64,000 nt of DNA from an uncultured Collinsella sp. (GTDB lineage: Bacteria > Actinomycetota > Coriobacteriia > Coriobacteriales > Coriobacteriaceae), in assembly GCA_902405995.1 (NCBI GenBank), contig CABPCG010000005.1:7116-71115 (forward strand), given 5' to 3'. A program made the translations under genes and the position numbers. The notes beneath the pieces are model-generated. The model was not told the DNA's origin. It saw only the letters and a program-made list of their open reading frames with translations, and did no database searches. Every line of letters begins with the position of its first letter. Position 1 is the stretch's first letter. Positions 18,635 through 29,668 of this stretch are shown piece by piece.

Positions 18635-21472
18635 CTATAGCGAAACGGATCCGTATTTCTTGATACAGGCGAGTATGTTTTTGAGCTTGCTAAAGTCGAG
18701 CGGTTTGGGCAGATGGGCGTTCATACCGGCATCGTGTGCCGCCTTGGCGTCTTCGGCAAAGGCGTTGGCGGTGAGCGCGATGATGGGGATGTCGGCCGCA
18801 TCGGCCTTTTCGCTCAGGCGGATCGCGCGGGTTGCCTCGTAGCCGTCCATGCCCGGCATCATGATGTCCATAAGAATCGCATCGAAGCTACCCGCGGGAC
18901 GGCCAACGTATAGGTCGACCGCTTCGTTGCCGTCGGCGGCGCGAGTTACGACGATGCCCTCGCTTTCGAGCAGAGCCTGGGCAATCTCGGCATTGAGCTC
19001 GTTATCTTCTGCCAAAAGAACGTTCATGTCTGCAAGCGAGCAACTGTATGCCTGCTCGTCCGTACGTTCTTTTGCCTGAGGGTTCTTGTCGATCTCGAGC
19101 GGAATCTGGACGTTAAACGTACTCCCCACGCCAACCTCACTCGAAATCTCAATCGTGCCGCCCATCATATCGATGAGTGATTTGACGATAGACATGCCAA
19201 TGCCGGTTCCTTGGAACTTGCTGCGCGCATCGTCGCCTTCCTGGGCAAACGGCTCGTAAATGTGTGCCAAAAACTCGGATGTCATACCAATGCCGGTATC
19301 CGAGACGCTAAAGCAAAACGCGGCGTGCTCGTCGTCGACCGGTTTGATGGTCGATGAGAACGTGACGGTGCCTCCGTGCTTGTTGTACTTGATGCTGTTG
19401 TCGAGCAGGTTGACAATGATCTGCCGAATATGGGTGGGGCTGCCGATCATATATTGGTCGACAGCGTAGGGCTCGCTGGTGTCGAGCATGGTTATGCCGC
19501 GGTCCGATGCGCGGAGCTTGCACAGTACGAGCGCATTGTCGCACAGCTCTTTAAGGTTGAATGATTCGTGCTCGAGTGTCACTTTGCGCTCCTCGATCCT
19601 GCCCATCTCGAGGATGTCGTTAATCAGTGACAGCAGGTGATTGGCGGCAACGCGCGCCTTGGCGCGGCTTTCGCGGGCGACCTGCATGTCGCCTTCTCTC
19701 AATTCCTCAATTTCGATAAGACCCAGGATGCCGTTGAGCGGCGTGCGGATGTCGTGGCTCATGCGCGTGAGGAAAGCGGTTTTGGCGGCGTTGGCGGCAT
19801 CAGCTTTCTGCCGTTCTGTCTGTGCGCGGTAAAGCGACCAGACAAGGATGATGATGCCGGTGAGCAAAATGCAGATGACGACTGCCGCAATGACGATGCG
19901 GTTGCGGTAGAGAAGTCGGAACGCATCCGATTCTTGCGCCGAGTACGATGTGGGGAAATAGCTGTTTGCAGAGAGCGATTCACCTGCATTGACGATGCCC
20001 TTATTGATGATTCCCAGCAGCTCGGGCTTGCCGCGCGAAATTAAACACGATAGTTGCGCCGTGTTGGTGAGTTCCTGTGTTTCGAAATCCTCGATGTCGT
20101 AGATGTCGCGGAGAGTTTCCAGGCGCGTGCTGGAGACAATGATGCAACGTGCCTTCCCCTCATTGAGGGCTTTGAGCACCTCGCCGTCATTCGAATACTC
20201 GGTTACCGTTGCGTTCGGAAAGAGACTTTCGAGCTCAAAACGGTTAACGATTGTGCTCTTTGTACAAGCGATGTTCTTAAGGTCGCTGTTCAGGTTTTTG
20301 CCACTGTGAATGGCGGTCAGCGAAACCGTTCCCATCGAGTTTGACTGGATGACCCCTGTCTGCTCGGCGAGCCAGTAGTCGCGAAACAACGGCAGGGCGA
20401 CATCGATGGTCCCGTTGGAAAGGGCTTTGATCATTTGTTTGTTGCTCGAGAGTGCGATTGTTTTGACCGTAATGCCAAACTTGTCGTGCAACGTCGTTGC
20501 AAGCGAGGCGAGCGACCCTTCCATCTCGCCGTCGTCATTTTGCGTACAGTAGGGAAGTTGGTTTTTAAGATAGCCGAGCGTGATGGTATTGCCGTTTGCT
20601 TTGAGCCAGGTGGTCTCGGGGCCGGTGAGCGATGACGAGCCACTGTTTTGGGTCGAGTAACTCGATTTGACTTCCTCGTTATAGCGCGGGTTATCGCGGG
20701 CGATGGTCGTCATGGCGGCGTTGATGTCGTTCATCAGATCGGGGCGGCTTTTGGGAACGGCAAAATAGTAGTCGCTCGAGCCTACGTAGAACATGGGTGA
20801 CGCATCGGGCGACGAAATGGTGTCGTTCATGATGACGGCGTCGACCTCGCCGTCTGCAAGCGCCTCAAAGAGGGCACTGCCGGTGTCGATTTCTTTATAG
20901 GTGCAGGTGACGCCTTCGTCGGCGAGCCACTGCTGGCCGACGATAGTTTGCATAACGCCAGAGTTGCAGCCGATGGTGAGGCCTTGGAGCGCCTGGGGGT
21001 CACCCTTGGCCAGATCGTCGCGGTCGGGCCTGGCGTAGATGTAGTAGCGCTCGGTGCCCTCGGGGTTCGAGGAAAAGAGCAGCTTCTGCTCGCGTTCTGC
21101 CGAATACGAGATGTTGGGCATGAGGTCGATTTCGCCTGCTTCGAGCATGTCCATAAGCTCGGAGAAGGTGCCGCTAACGTATTCGTATTGCCAGCCCTTT
21201 GTGTAATACGAGAGGGTCTGGAGGTACTCGTAGCCCCACCCCGAGAGTCGCTCGCCCGGCATGCCTTCCTGGAAGCCTTTGTTGTTGACGAGCCAGCCAA
21301 CGCGGACCGTCTTGACCTGCTGGTCGGAGTCGGCGGCAAAGGCGGGGGCGGGCATGACGGCGCTCAGTATGGCGAGCGCGGCAAGCGCGACGGCCAGGGT
21401 GCGATATAGAGCCAAGCGAAAGACAGCGGAAGGTTTCACATGAAATCCTATCGAGTTGAGACAGTTTCGCAT
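18635..21472 (-). CDS. Hybrid sensor histidine kinase/response regulator with N-terminal signal peptide and two periplasmic solute-binding (SBP_bac_3-like) domains
   Basis: HisKA H-box LTRMSHDIRTPLNGILG, HATPase DTGIGM..GTGIGMSIV, receiver LLAEDNELN..DIMMPGMDG, two periplasmic PBP-like segments, one TM. Confidence 0.85.
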   Translation of the reverse strand: MRNCLNSIGFHVKPSAVFRLALYRTLAVALAALAILSAVMPAPAFAADSDQQVKTVRVGWLVNNKGFQEGMPGERLSGWGYEYLQTLSYYTKGWQYEYVSGTFSELMDMLEAGEIDLMPNISYSAEREQKLLFSSNPEGTERYYIYARPDRDDLAKGDPQALQGLTIGCNSGVMQTIVGQQWLADEGVTCTYKEIDTGSALFEALADGEVDAVIMNDTISSPDASPMFYVGSSDYYFAVPKSRPDLMNDINAAMTTIARDNPRYNEEVKSSYSTQNSGSSSLTGPETTWLKANGNTITLGYLKNQLPYCTQNDDGEMEGSLASLATTLHDKFGITVKTIALSSNKQMIKALSNGTIDVALPLFRDYWLAEQTGVIQSNSMGTVSLTAIHSGKNLNSDLKNIACTKSTIVNRFELESLFPNATVTEYSNDGEVLKALNEGKARCIIVSSTRLETLRDIYDIEDFETQELTNTAQLSCLISRGKPELLGIINKGIVNAGESLSANSYFPTSYSAQESDAFRLLYRNRIVIAAVVICILLTGIIILVWSLYRAQTERQKADAANAAKTAFLTRMSHDIRTPLNGILGLIEIEELREGDMQVARESRAKARVAANHLLSLINDILEMGRIEERKVTLEHESFNLKELCDNALVLCKLRASDRGITMLDTSEPYAVDQYMIGSPTHIRQIIVNLLDNSIKYNKHGGTVTFSSTIKPVDDEHAAFCFSVSDTGIGMTSEFLAHIYEPFAQEGDDARSKFQGTGIGMSIVKSLIDMMGGTIEISSEVGVGSTFNVQIPLEIDKNPQAKERTDEQAYSCSLADMNVLLAEDNELNAEIAQALLESEGIVVTRAADGNEAVDLYVGRPAGSFDAILMDIMMPGMDGYEATRAIRLSEKADAADIPIIALTANAFAEDAKAAHDAGMNAHLPKPLDFSKLKNILACIKKYGSVSL

Positions 21473-21527
21473 AAGGATACCAGCTCAGCCTGCCCATTCA
21501 GCCGTCGCACCGCTAAACGGTCACTCC

Positions 21528-21581
21528 CGGCAGTTGGGGACAGTCCCTTTCTGCCGGCAGAAAGGGAACGTCCCCAACTGC
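21528..21581. repeat. 54-nt near-perfect palindrome ggcagttggggacagtccctttctgcc|ggcagaaagggaacgtccccaactgcc
   Basis: Contains GGGACAGTCCCTTT (family 1 core) and GAACGTCCCC (family 2 loop); sits in the intergenic region shared by the kinase gene start (21472) and the K-channel gene (21637). Confidence 0.8.
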
Positions 21582-21636
21582 CGGGTGTGGGACAATAACG
21601 AGCGAATGTGATTGGGCGTCTGGAAAAGGGGTCGCG

Positions 21637-22062
21637 ATGAACAAGTTGAGGACGCTTGCCGACGTGTTGCGCCAGGCTGGCTTTGCACGCATCACGGGCC
21701 TGTTTCTCGTCTTCTATCTGCTGTGCTCGACGGCCGTCTGGCTGTCCGAGCCCACGACCCTTACGTTTGGCGACGGCCTCTGGTTTAGCTTTGAGACCGT
21801 ATCGACCATCGGCTTTGGCGATATCCCGGCCGAAACGCCGGTTGCCCGCGCTATCACTGTCGTTTTGAGCGTCATCAGCATCTTCTACATCGCCATGCTC
21901 ACGGGCGTGGCGGTGAACTACTGCAATACGCTCATCAAGATGCGCCAAAAGGACACCATGGCGCGCTTTATGGATGATCTGGAGCATTTGGAAGAGCTCG
22001 ATCGTGACGAGCTTGCCGACCTATCGCGCCGTGTGCGCGAATATCGCCGACGCCAACGCTAG
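21637..22062 (+). CDS. Minimal two-TM potassium channel family protein (KcsA-like, Ion_trans_2)
   Basis: Selectivity-filter signature TIGFGD (TxGYGD class) between two hydrophobic helices; 141 aa. Confidence 0.7.
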   Translation: MNKLRTLADVLRQAGFARITGLFLVFYLLCSTAVWLSEPTTLTFGDGLWFSFETVSTIGFGDIPAETPVARAITVVLSVISIFYIAMLTGVAVNYCNTLIKMRQKDTMARFMDDLEHLEELDRDELADLSRRVREYRRRQR

Positions 22063-22098
22063 AACGGGCGACGCGCGTCACGACGAGGGGGACTGAAT

Positions 22099-22632
22099 AT
22101 GAATATCACGGTATACCTGGGCGCGAGCGTCGGCAGCGACCCGGCGTTTCTGCCTGCAGTGCGAGAGCTCGGCACATGGATTGGCTCCAGCGGTCACGCG
22201 CTGGTATACGGCGGGTCCAAGTCGGGCCTGATGGGCGCGCTTGCCGATAGCGTGCTCGATGCTGGCGGGCATGTGACCGGCGTGGAACCAAGCTTTTTTA
22301 TCGAGGCGGAGTATCAGCACGATGGCATCGACGACCTTATCGTGACGAGCGACATGGCCGAGCGCAAGGCCAAGATGATCGAGCTCGGCGATGCCTTCAT
22401 TGCCTTTCCCGGCGGGACGGGCACGCTCGAGGAGATTGCCGAGGTCATGTCTGCGGTATCGTTGGGACACCTGAGTGCTCCGTGCATCCTGTATAACCTG
22501 GACGGTTACTACAACGACCTCAAGGCGCTGCTCGGGCATATGATCGATAAGGGGCTTTCGAGCTCGAGGCGCCAGCACGGCATCTACTTTGCCGACGATT
22601 TGCGCGAGATTGCCTCGATTATCAACGGATAA
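22099..22632 (+). CDS. LOG family protein (cytokinin riboside 5-prime-monophosphate phosphoribohydrolase / TIGR00730)
   Basis: VYGGSKSGLMG and PGGTGTLEE motifs, 177 aa. Confidence 0.8.
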   Translation: MNITVYLGASVGSDPAFLPAVRELGTWIGSSGHALVYGGSKSGLMGALADSVLDAGGHVTGVEPSFFIEAEYQHDGIDDLIVTSDMAERKAKMIELGDAFIAFPGGTGTLEEIAEVMSAVSLGHLSAPCILYNLDGYYNDLKALLGHMIDKGLSSSRRQHGIYFADDLREIASIING

Positions 22633-22755
22633 GTCTTGGGCCTTCCCCGCTGTGAATCCCAATGGTGCCGTTTGCGGCGCAGATGGTTAGCTCGTTCAGC
22701 AACGCTCGCTCTACAATTAATGTATCTATGTCGACTTTGACCGCGGGAGGACCCG

Positions 22756-24057
22756 ATGGATAACCTTGCCAAACCCACAAACCGCGCGCTGTTTTTGGTC
22801 AGCGTTGCCGTGACCGGTGCACTCGCGGGTGCTGCAGTCTGGCTATTCTTCTTTGCGATGGAGCACGGCATTGATTATTTGTGGACCGAGGTCCCGCATA
22901 TGCTGGGTGTCTCTTCGCCCGAACTCGCCAGCGGTCCGTTTGGCTTTTTGCCATACCCGTTTTTTGTCTGCCTGCTGGGCGGCTTGGTGATTGGCCTGTA
23001 CGAAAAGATGACGGGCGCCAAGACCGACGACCTCAACCAGGTCATGGCCAAGGTCAAGCAAGACGGTCGCTACCCGTACGACAATCTGGGCAAGCTGTCG
23101 ATTGCGGCGCTGCTGCCGTTGCTGTTTGGCGGAAGTATTGGACCGGAGGCCGGCCTGACCGGCGTTATCGCGGGACTGTGCAGCTGGGTCGGCGATCGCA
23201 TGCGTCGCTTTGGAACTGAGTTTAGGGAGCTCACGCTGCTGGGCACCCAGGCTGCTCTGACGGCGCTCTTTACCGCGCCCGTGTTTGGCTTTGTGGCGCC
23301 GCTCGCCGGAAGTGCTGACGGTCAGGGTGCCAATGACGATGAGTCCGCGTCTGACGAGATCACGATCAAGCTGCCCAAGGCGCAAAAGACCGTGGTCTAC
23401 GGCATCGCGATTGCCGGCGGTCTGGGTACCTACCTGCTGCTCGGCCAGCTTATGGGCGGCGGCATGGGCATGCCCAGGTTCGAGTCCGCTCAGGTGGGCA
23501 ACCTGGAACTTGTCTGGCTCATTCCGCTGGCGTTGGTCGGCACCGTATGCGGCTGGCTGTACTTTGTCTCTGAGCATGCAAGCGAGGCACTGTCCCATGC
23601 CATAGGGGAGCGCCCTGTCGTCAAGGCCATGCTAGCCGGTCTGGCGCTCGCCATCTGTGGCACGGTCCTGCCCTACACCATGTTTGCCGGCGAGACCCAA
23701 GCCGACGTGCTCATGGAGACCTATCTGACCATTCCCGCCGGCGTGCTTATCGCGACCGGTCTGGTCAAGGCCATGCTGACGCCCGCCCTCATCAACCTGG
23801 GCTGGCGCGGCGGTCACTTCTTCCCGGTTATCTTTTCGGGCGTGAGCTTGGGCTACGGCTTCGCTATCCTTACCGGCGCCGATCCGGTCTTTTGCGTCGC
23901 CGTCTGCACGGCCTCGACGATGGGCGCCGTTATGCGTCAGCCGGTCATGGTTGTGGGCTTGCTGCTCATGTGTTTCCCGCTCAAGGGTATCGTCTGCATG
24001 ATCATCGCCGCCGTTATCGCCGCTGGCATTCCGCTGCCCAAGCCGCTGCGCAAGTAG
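22756..24057 (+). CDS. ClC-like chloride channel family membrane protein (divergent)
   Basis: 10+ TM profile; GGSIGPEAG (GxEGP-like) and GGHFFPVIFSG (GxFxP-like) motifs; weaker N-terminal GSGIP equivalent. Confidence 0.5.
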   Translation: MDNLAKPTNRALFLVSVAVTGALAGAAVWLFFFAMEHGIDYLWTEVPHMLGVSSPELASGPFGFLPYPFFVCLLGGLVIGLYEKMTGAKTDDLNQVMAKVKQDGRYPYDNLGKLSIAALLPLLFGGSIGPEAGLTGVIAGLCSWVGDRMRRFGTEFRELTLLGTQAALTALFTAPVFGFVAPLAGSADGQGANDDESASDEITIKLPKAQKTVVYGIAIAGGLGTYLLLGQLMGGGMGMPRFESAQVGNLELVWLIPLALVGTVCGWLYFVSEHASEALSHAIGERPVVKAMLAGLALAICGTVLPYTMFAGETQADVLMETYLTIPAGVLIATGLVKAMLTPALINLGWRGGHFFPVIFSGVSLGYGFAILTGADPVFCVAVCTASTMGAVMRQPVMVVGLLLMCFPLKGIVCMIIAAVIAAGIPLPKPLRK

Positions 24058-24239
24058 CACGGCGGCGCACGGTCAATACAAACATCTCAAGCCCGGTGTG
24101 AGGGTGTTCAACTTGAGCTTGTGCCCTTTGACGGGTCGTTATTTTCAAAATGCTGCTGTAATCCACGACACGGGTTGAGCGCCTTCCCAATAATGGGCCA
24201 CGCCGATCTGTGGCGCATGTCCGATGATACCGCGCCTGC

Positions 24240-24938
24240 CTACAGGTCGCGTGCTCGATAGACCTTGGTACTGATGGCGCAACTCAGTGCAAAGAGCACG
24301 AGGGCCAGTACGGCAATTCCTGCGCACAGGCAGCCGAGGACGGCGGGATCGGGATTTGCTCCGGCAATCGACATAAGCCAGTTGCTAATGGGGTTGGAGG
24401 AGCTCAGCGTGGCCATGGCAAGGCACCCGAGCAGGGCAAACAGGCCAACGGATAGGCGCAGCGCCTCCATGTGTCCAAGGCGAAAGAACAGCGGCTGCGC
24501 CAAAAACACCATCATGAGGGAGATGAGCATCGATGCTGCCGAGGCTATTGCGATCTCAAAGACCGTCTGTCCCGTCGAAGGAATGCCCGCGCTGTTGAAG
24601 AGCGGGATGGCGACGATACTCAAAAGCGTAGCTGCACATGCCATGGCGGCGGAGAAGACAATAACGCTCAGGTAGCGGGCACAAATAATGTCTTTGCGCG
24701 AGAAGGGCAGCGTTGCCCGATAACGCTCCCATCCGTTTTGATTGTCGAAGCCGGCCAGCGAGCTCATGACCATGATGGGTGACATGGCGCTGACCGCGCA
24801 GGCGCCGGCGCTCATGCCGGAATCGCCGTCCGATGCGTTGGCAAGGGTCAGCACGACGAATATGAACAAGCCGACACCCGCAATGCTCGGGACAAGTGAG
24901 CGAACGATGGCGAGCTCGGACATAAAGGCGCGTTTCAT
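24240..24938 (-). CDS. ABC-2 type transporter permease
   Basis: 6 TM hydrophobic protein immediately downstream of and overlapping ABC ATPase stop. Confidence 0.65.
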   Translation of the reverse strand: MKRAFMSELAIVRSLVPSIAGVGLFIFVVLTLANASDGDSGMSAGACAVSAMSPIMVMSSLAGFDNQNGWERYRATLPFSRKDIICARYLSVIVFSAAMACAATLLSIVAIPLFNSAGIPSTGQTVFEIAIASAASMLISLMMVFLAQPLFFRLGHMEALRLSVGLFALLGCLAMATLSSSNPISNWLMSIAGANPDPAVLGCLCAGIAVLALVLFALSCAISTKVYRARDL

Positions 24939-25816
24939 TTCGAAGCCCCTTTCAGCGTGAGGCGCAGATAGTCATCAATGGTTGCCCGGTCGCAGGGAAT
25001 CTCGGGAAAGGCCTCGAGCGCCTCGCGACGGTTGGGCACGAGCACGTCCACGCTATAGGCGTGGTGGGCGGCGCGAGCGCCTTCGACGCAAGCCATAAGC
25101 TCGGCGGCCTGTGCTTGGGTGCAGTGGGCGATGCCGGCGCGGTCGGTAATGTCCTCGCGCGGCAGGTCAAACACAATCGAACCGTTATCGATGCAGATGA
25201 CGCGGTCGGCGGCGCGATCGAGGTCGGACGTAATGTGGCTCGAGAGCAGCACACTGTGCTGGCCGTCGGCGACAAAGGCGAGCAGCTCATCGAGCAGCTC
25301 CTCGCGCGCCATGGGATCGAGGCCCGCAGTGGCTTCGTCCAAAACGAGCAGCTTGGCATTGTGGCTGAGCGCGCAGGCGAGCTGCAGCTTCATGCCCATG
25401 CCGCGGGAGAGGTCTTTTACCTTGGCTTTGGGATCAAGGCCAAATCGGTCGATAAATCTGGCGAATGTTTCGCGACTCCATGTGGGGTACGCCGGGCCTA
25501 CGAGCGTCTCGATCTGGCCCACCTTGAGCGTGGAGGGGAAAGGACACGTGTCCAGGACAAGACCGACGCGGGAGCGCAGGTGACGCTGTGCCTCGCCGGG
25601 CGCGTTGGCGTCGCAGTGCTGTCCAAACAGATGCACCTCGCCGGCATCGAGCTTTATAAGCCCGAGCGCGGCGCGAATGGTCGTTGTCTTGCCGGCGCCG
25701 TTTGCGCCCACAAAGCCGACAATCTGGCCGGGCTCCACGGTGAGTGTGACATCGCGTAGCGAAAAGCGGTCGCTTACGCGGCGTGAAACGCCTTTGAGTT
25801 CTAGCAAGTTTTGCAT
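24935..25816 (-). CDS. ABC transporter ATP-binding protein
   Basis: Walker A GANGAGKTT, signature LSRGMGMKLQLA, Walker B LLVLDEATAGLD; true ATG at 25816 (MQNLLELKG), upstream in-frame extension is non-coding. Confidence 0.85.
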   Translation of the reverse strand: MQNLLELKGVSRRVSDRFSLRDVTLTVEPGQIVGFVGANGAGKTTTIRAALGLIKLDAGEVHLFGQHCDANAPGEAQRHLRSRVGLVLDTCPFPSTLKVGQIETLVGPAYPTWSRETFARFIDRFGLDPKAKVKDLSRGMGMKLQLACALSHNAKLLVLDEATAGLDPMAREELLDELLAFVADGQHSVLLSSHITSDLDRAADRVICIDNGSIVFDLPREDITDRAGIAHCTQAQAAELMACVEGARAAHHAYSVDVLVPNRREALEAFPEIPCDRATIDDYLRLTLKGASK

Positions 25817-25839
25817 GGTATAGCCTTTCTTGCAGATGG

Positions 25840-26220
25840 CTACTGCATGGTCTCGGGGGCTACAAGGTCGAGCATCTCGTGCAATTTGTCGCGCGTGACG
25901 CCCAGGGTTTCGGCCTGCGTAGCGGCCTGCGCAAGCAACTCTTCGATATGGCAGAGCTGGTTTTCGCGCAAGAGTTCCTGGTTTCCCTCGGCGACAAAGC
26001 AGCCCTTGCCCTGCACGGTGCAGATAAAACCGAGTTGCTCCAGGTCGGCATAGGCGCGCTTGGTGGTGATGACGCTCACGCCCAGGTCGCTCGCCAGCGC
26101 GCGGATACTGGGGAGCTTGGCTCCCGCAGCGAGTGAGCCCGAAAGGATCTGGGCTTTGACCTGCGAGGTTATCTGCTCGTAGATGGGCTTGTCGCTCGAA
26201 TTGGATAGGATGATGTCCAC
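25840..26220 (-). CDS. GntR family transcriptional regulator (YtrA subfamily) heading the ABC operon
   Basis: GntR HTH KLPSIRALASDLGVSVITTKRAYADLE; 126 aa YtrA-like size. Confidence 0.8.
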   Translation of the reverse strand: MDIILSNSSDKPIYEQITSQVKAQILSGSLAAGAKLPSIRALASDLGVSVITTKRAYADLEQLGFICTVQGKGCFVAEGNQELLRENQLCHIEELLAQAATQAETLGVTRDKLHEMLDLVAPETMQ

Positions 26221-26435
26221 AGCGGCTCCTTAGCTGTTGGGCTACACGTGTATATAACCGGTAAGCACAGTATATATACACTATGCACAGTTACGCAAGA
26301 GACAAATTCGGATTGGGCCGGCTACCCAGGCCCCAACTGATGAATTTGTCCTGATAGGTGCCCTATGGCGGGATTTGGCGGCTACAATAATGCGGTTACA
26401 ACGACGTAATGCACTCAATGCAAGAAAGGATCCGC

Positions 26436-28049
<1,614 letters not shown>

Positions 28050-28150
28050 CGCATCGGCGCGGTGGCCCTGCGGGGCTGCCGCGCCGTTTACTTGCCTGAT
28101 GCCGTATGAGCGGCTATCATACCCACCGTCGTCTCAAGACCGGGGCGTCC

Positions 28151-28198
28151 GAGCAGTTCGGGTCCGATATCCTGCTCGTTAAACCTAAAACCAAAGGA
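28151..28198 (+). ncRNA. Candidate preQ1-I riboswitch (P1 gagcag/ctgctc, A-rich tail gttaaacctaaaaccaaaggag overlapping RBS)
   Basis: Stem-loop plus A-rich 3-prime tail resembling preQ1-I architecture (compare Tte UUAACAAAACAAGG tail), directly upstream of a YhhQ-family queuosine-precursor transporter, the classical regulated gene class. Confidence 0.45.
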
Positions 28199-28205
28199 GT
28201 ACATA

Positions 28206-28928
28206 ATGATCAAGAAGGTCATGGAGGACTACAAGGTCCTGTTGCGGAGCATTCCCACGGCAACGGTTTCGCTGTTTTTCGTGAGCGTCATCATGATGAA
28301 CCTGCTGGCCAACAAAGAGCTCATCAGCCTGCCGTATCTGGCACTCGATTGCGGCTTTGTGGTGAGCTGGGTTTCGTTTTTGTGCCAGGACATGATCTGC
28401 AAGCGCTTTGGCGCCAAGGCATCCATCAAAATCTCTATCCTCGCGCTGCTGGTCAACCTGGCCGTGAGCCTGTGCTTTTGGGCATGCTCGCTCACGCCCG
28501 GCATGTGGGGCGCCTACTACGACACGGGCATGATCGAGGTCAACAGCGCCCTTAACGCCACCATTGGCGGCACCTGGTACGTGGTGCTGGGCTCTTCGCT
28601 GGCAATGCTCGTTTCTGCCGTGGTTAACTCCACACTCAACCAGTCGCTCGGCCGCATGCTCAAAAAGAATAACTTTGCGAGCTTTGCCTTCCGCTCTTAT
28701 GTGTCCACGGGTGTTGGCCAGTTTATCGACAACTTGGTCTTTGCCATTGTGGTGAGCCACACGTTCTTTGGTTGGACCTGGGTGCAGGTCCTTATGTGCT
28801 CGCTGACCGGCGCTGTCGCCGAGCTGCTGTGCGAGGTCTTTCTGAGCCCCGTGGGCTATAAGGTCGTGCGCGGCTGGGAGCGCGAGAATGTGGGCTCCGA
28901 GTACCTCGAGCGCCACGCAGCTGCCTAA
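28206..28928 (+). CDS. Queuosine precursor transporter (YhhQ / VUT family, DUF165)
   Basis: 6-TM protein with conserved DNLVFAIV and VSW regions typical of YhhQ/COG1738. Confidence 0.7.
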   Translation: MIKKVMEDYKVLLRSIPTATVSLFFVSVIMMNLLANKELISLPYLALDCGFVVSWVSFLCQDMICKRFGAKASIKISILALLVNLAVSLCFWACSLTPGMWGAYYDTGMIEVNSALNATIGGTWYVVLGSSLAMLVSAVVNSTLNQSLGRMLKKNNFASFAFRSYVSTGVGQFIDNLVFAIVVSHTFFGWTWVQVLMCSLTGAVAELLCEVFLSPVGYKVVRGWERENVGSEYLERHAAA

Positions 28929-28937
28929 GGAGCACCT

Positions 28938-29618
28938 ATGCGGGTTTTGATCACGGGCGCTTCGGGCGGCATTGGAGCCGCGTGCGTGCAGCGCTTTTTG
29001 GACGAGGGCCACGAGGTCGTGGGCTTTGATCTGCTGCCGGCGGCCGTCGAGCACGAGCGCTATCGCCATCTGATCGTTGATGTCCGCGAGCCGGACTCGT
29101 TTCCAGACGGCCTTGAGCCTCAGGCGATCGTAAACGTTGCCGGCACGCAAGATTCGGCCGACGACATCGCTGCCAACCTGCGTGGCACCATCAACGTGAC
29201 CGAGCGCTATGCCTTTGCGGGGGAGGGGCTTGCCGCCAAGCCGGCGCCTGCTATCCAATCCGTGGTCAATGTGGGGTCCGCGAGCGGACATACGGGATCG
29301 GAGTTTCCCGCCTATGCCGCCAGCAAGGGCGGCGTTATCGCCTACACCAAGAACCTTGCAAACCGCCTGGCACCGCAGGCCATCGCCAACAGTGTGGACC
29401 CGGGCGGCGTTATCACGCCGCTCAACCGTTGCGTGATGGAAGACGAGCGCCTGTGGAACCAGATTATGGAGCTCACGCCGCTTAAGCGCTGGGCCACCGC
29501 CCAAGAGATCGCCGAGTGGATCTACTTTGTGGGCGTGACCAACCGGTTTATGACCGGGCAGAGCCTGCTGATCGATGGCGGCGAGGCCGGCCGCACACAA
29601 TTTATTTGGCCCGAATAG
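28938..29618 (+). CDS. SDR-family short-chain dehydrogenase/reductase
   Basis: TGASGGIG Rossmann motif, catalytic YAASK (YxxxK). Confidence 0.8.
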   Translation: MRVLITGASGGIGAACVQRFLDEGHEVVGFDLLPAAVEHERYRHLIVDVREPDSFPDGLEPQAIVNVAGTQDSADDIAANLRGTINVTERYAFAGEGLAAKPAPAIQSVVNVGSASGHTGSEFPAYAASKGGVIAYTKNLANRLAPQAIANSVDPGGVITPLNRCVMEDERLWNQIMELTPLKRWATAQEIAEWIYFVGVTNRFMTGQSLLIDGGEAGRTQFIWPE

Positions 29619-29619
29619 G

Positions 29620-29655
29620 AAACGCGCCCGATGGAAAGCCGTCGGGCGCGTTTTT
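29620..29655. terminator. Bidirectional intrinsic terminator (aaacgcgcccgatggaaagccgtcgggcgcgttttt)
   Basis: GC-rich hairpin flanked by A and T runs between convergent SDR (+) and ung (-). Confidence 0.7.
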
Positions 29656-29668
29656 GATGTATCGGTTT

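Noticed and set aside
24935-26281. 448-aa version of the ABC ATPase ORF with a 155-aa N-terminal extension
   Set aside because: The extension is Arg/Pro-rich, overlaps the GntR gene in another frame and precedes the canonical MQNLLELKG start. The true start is ATG 25816.
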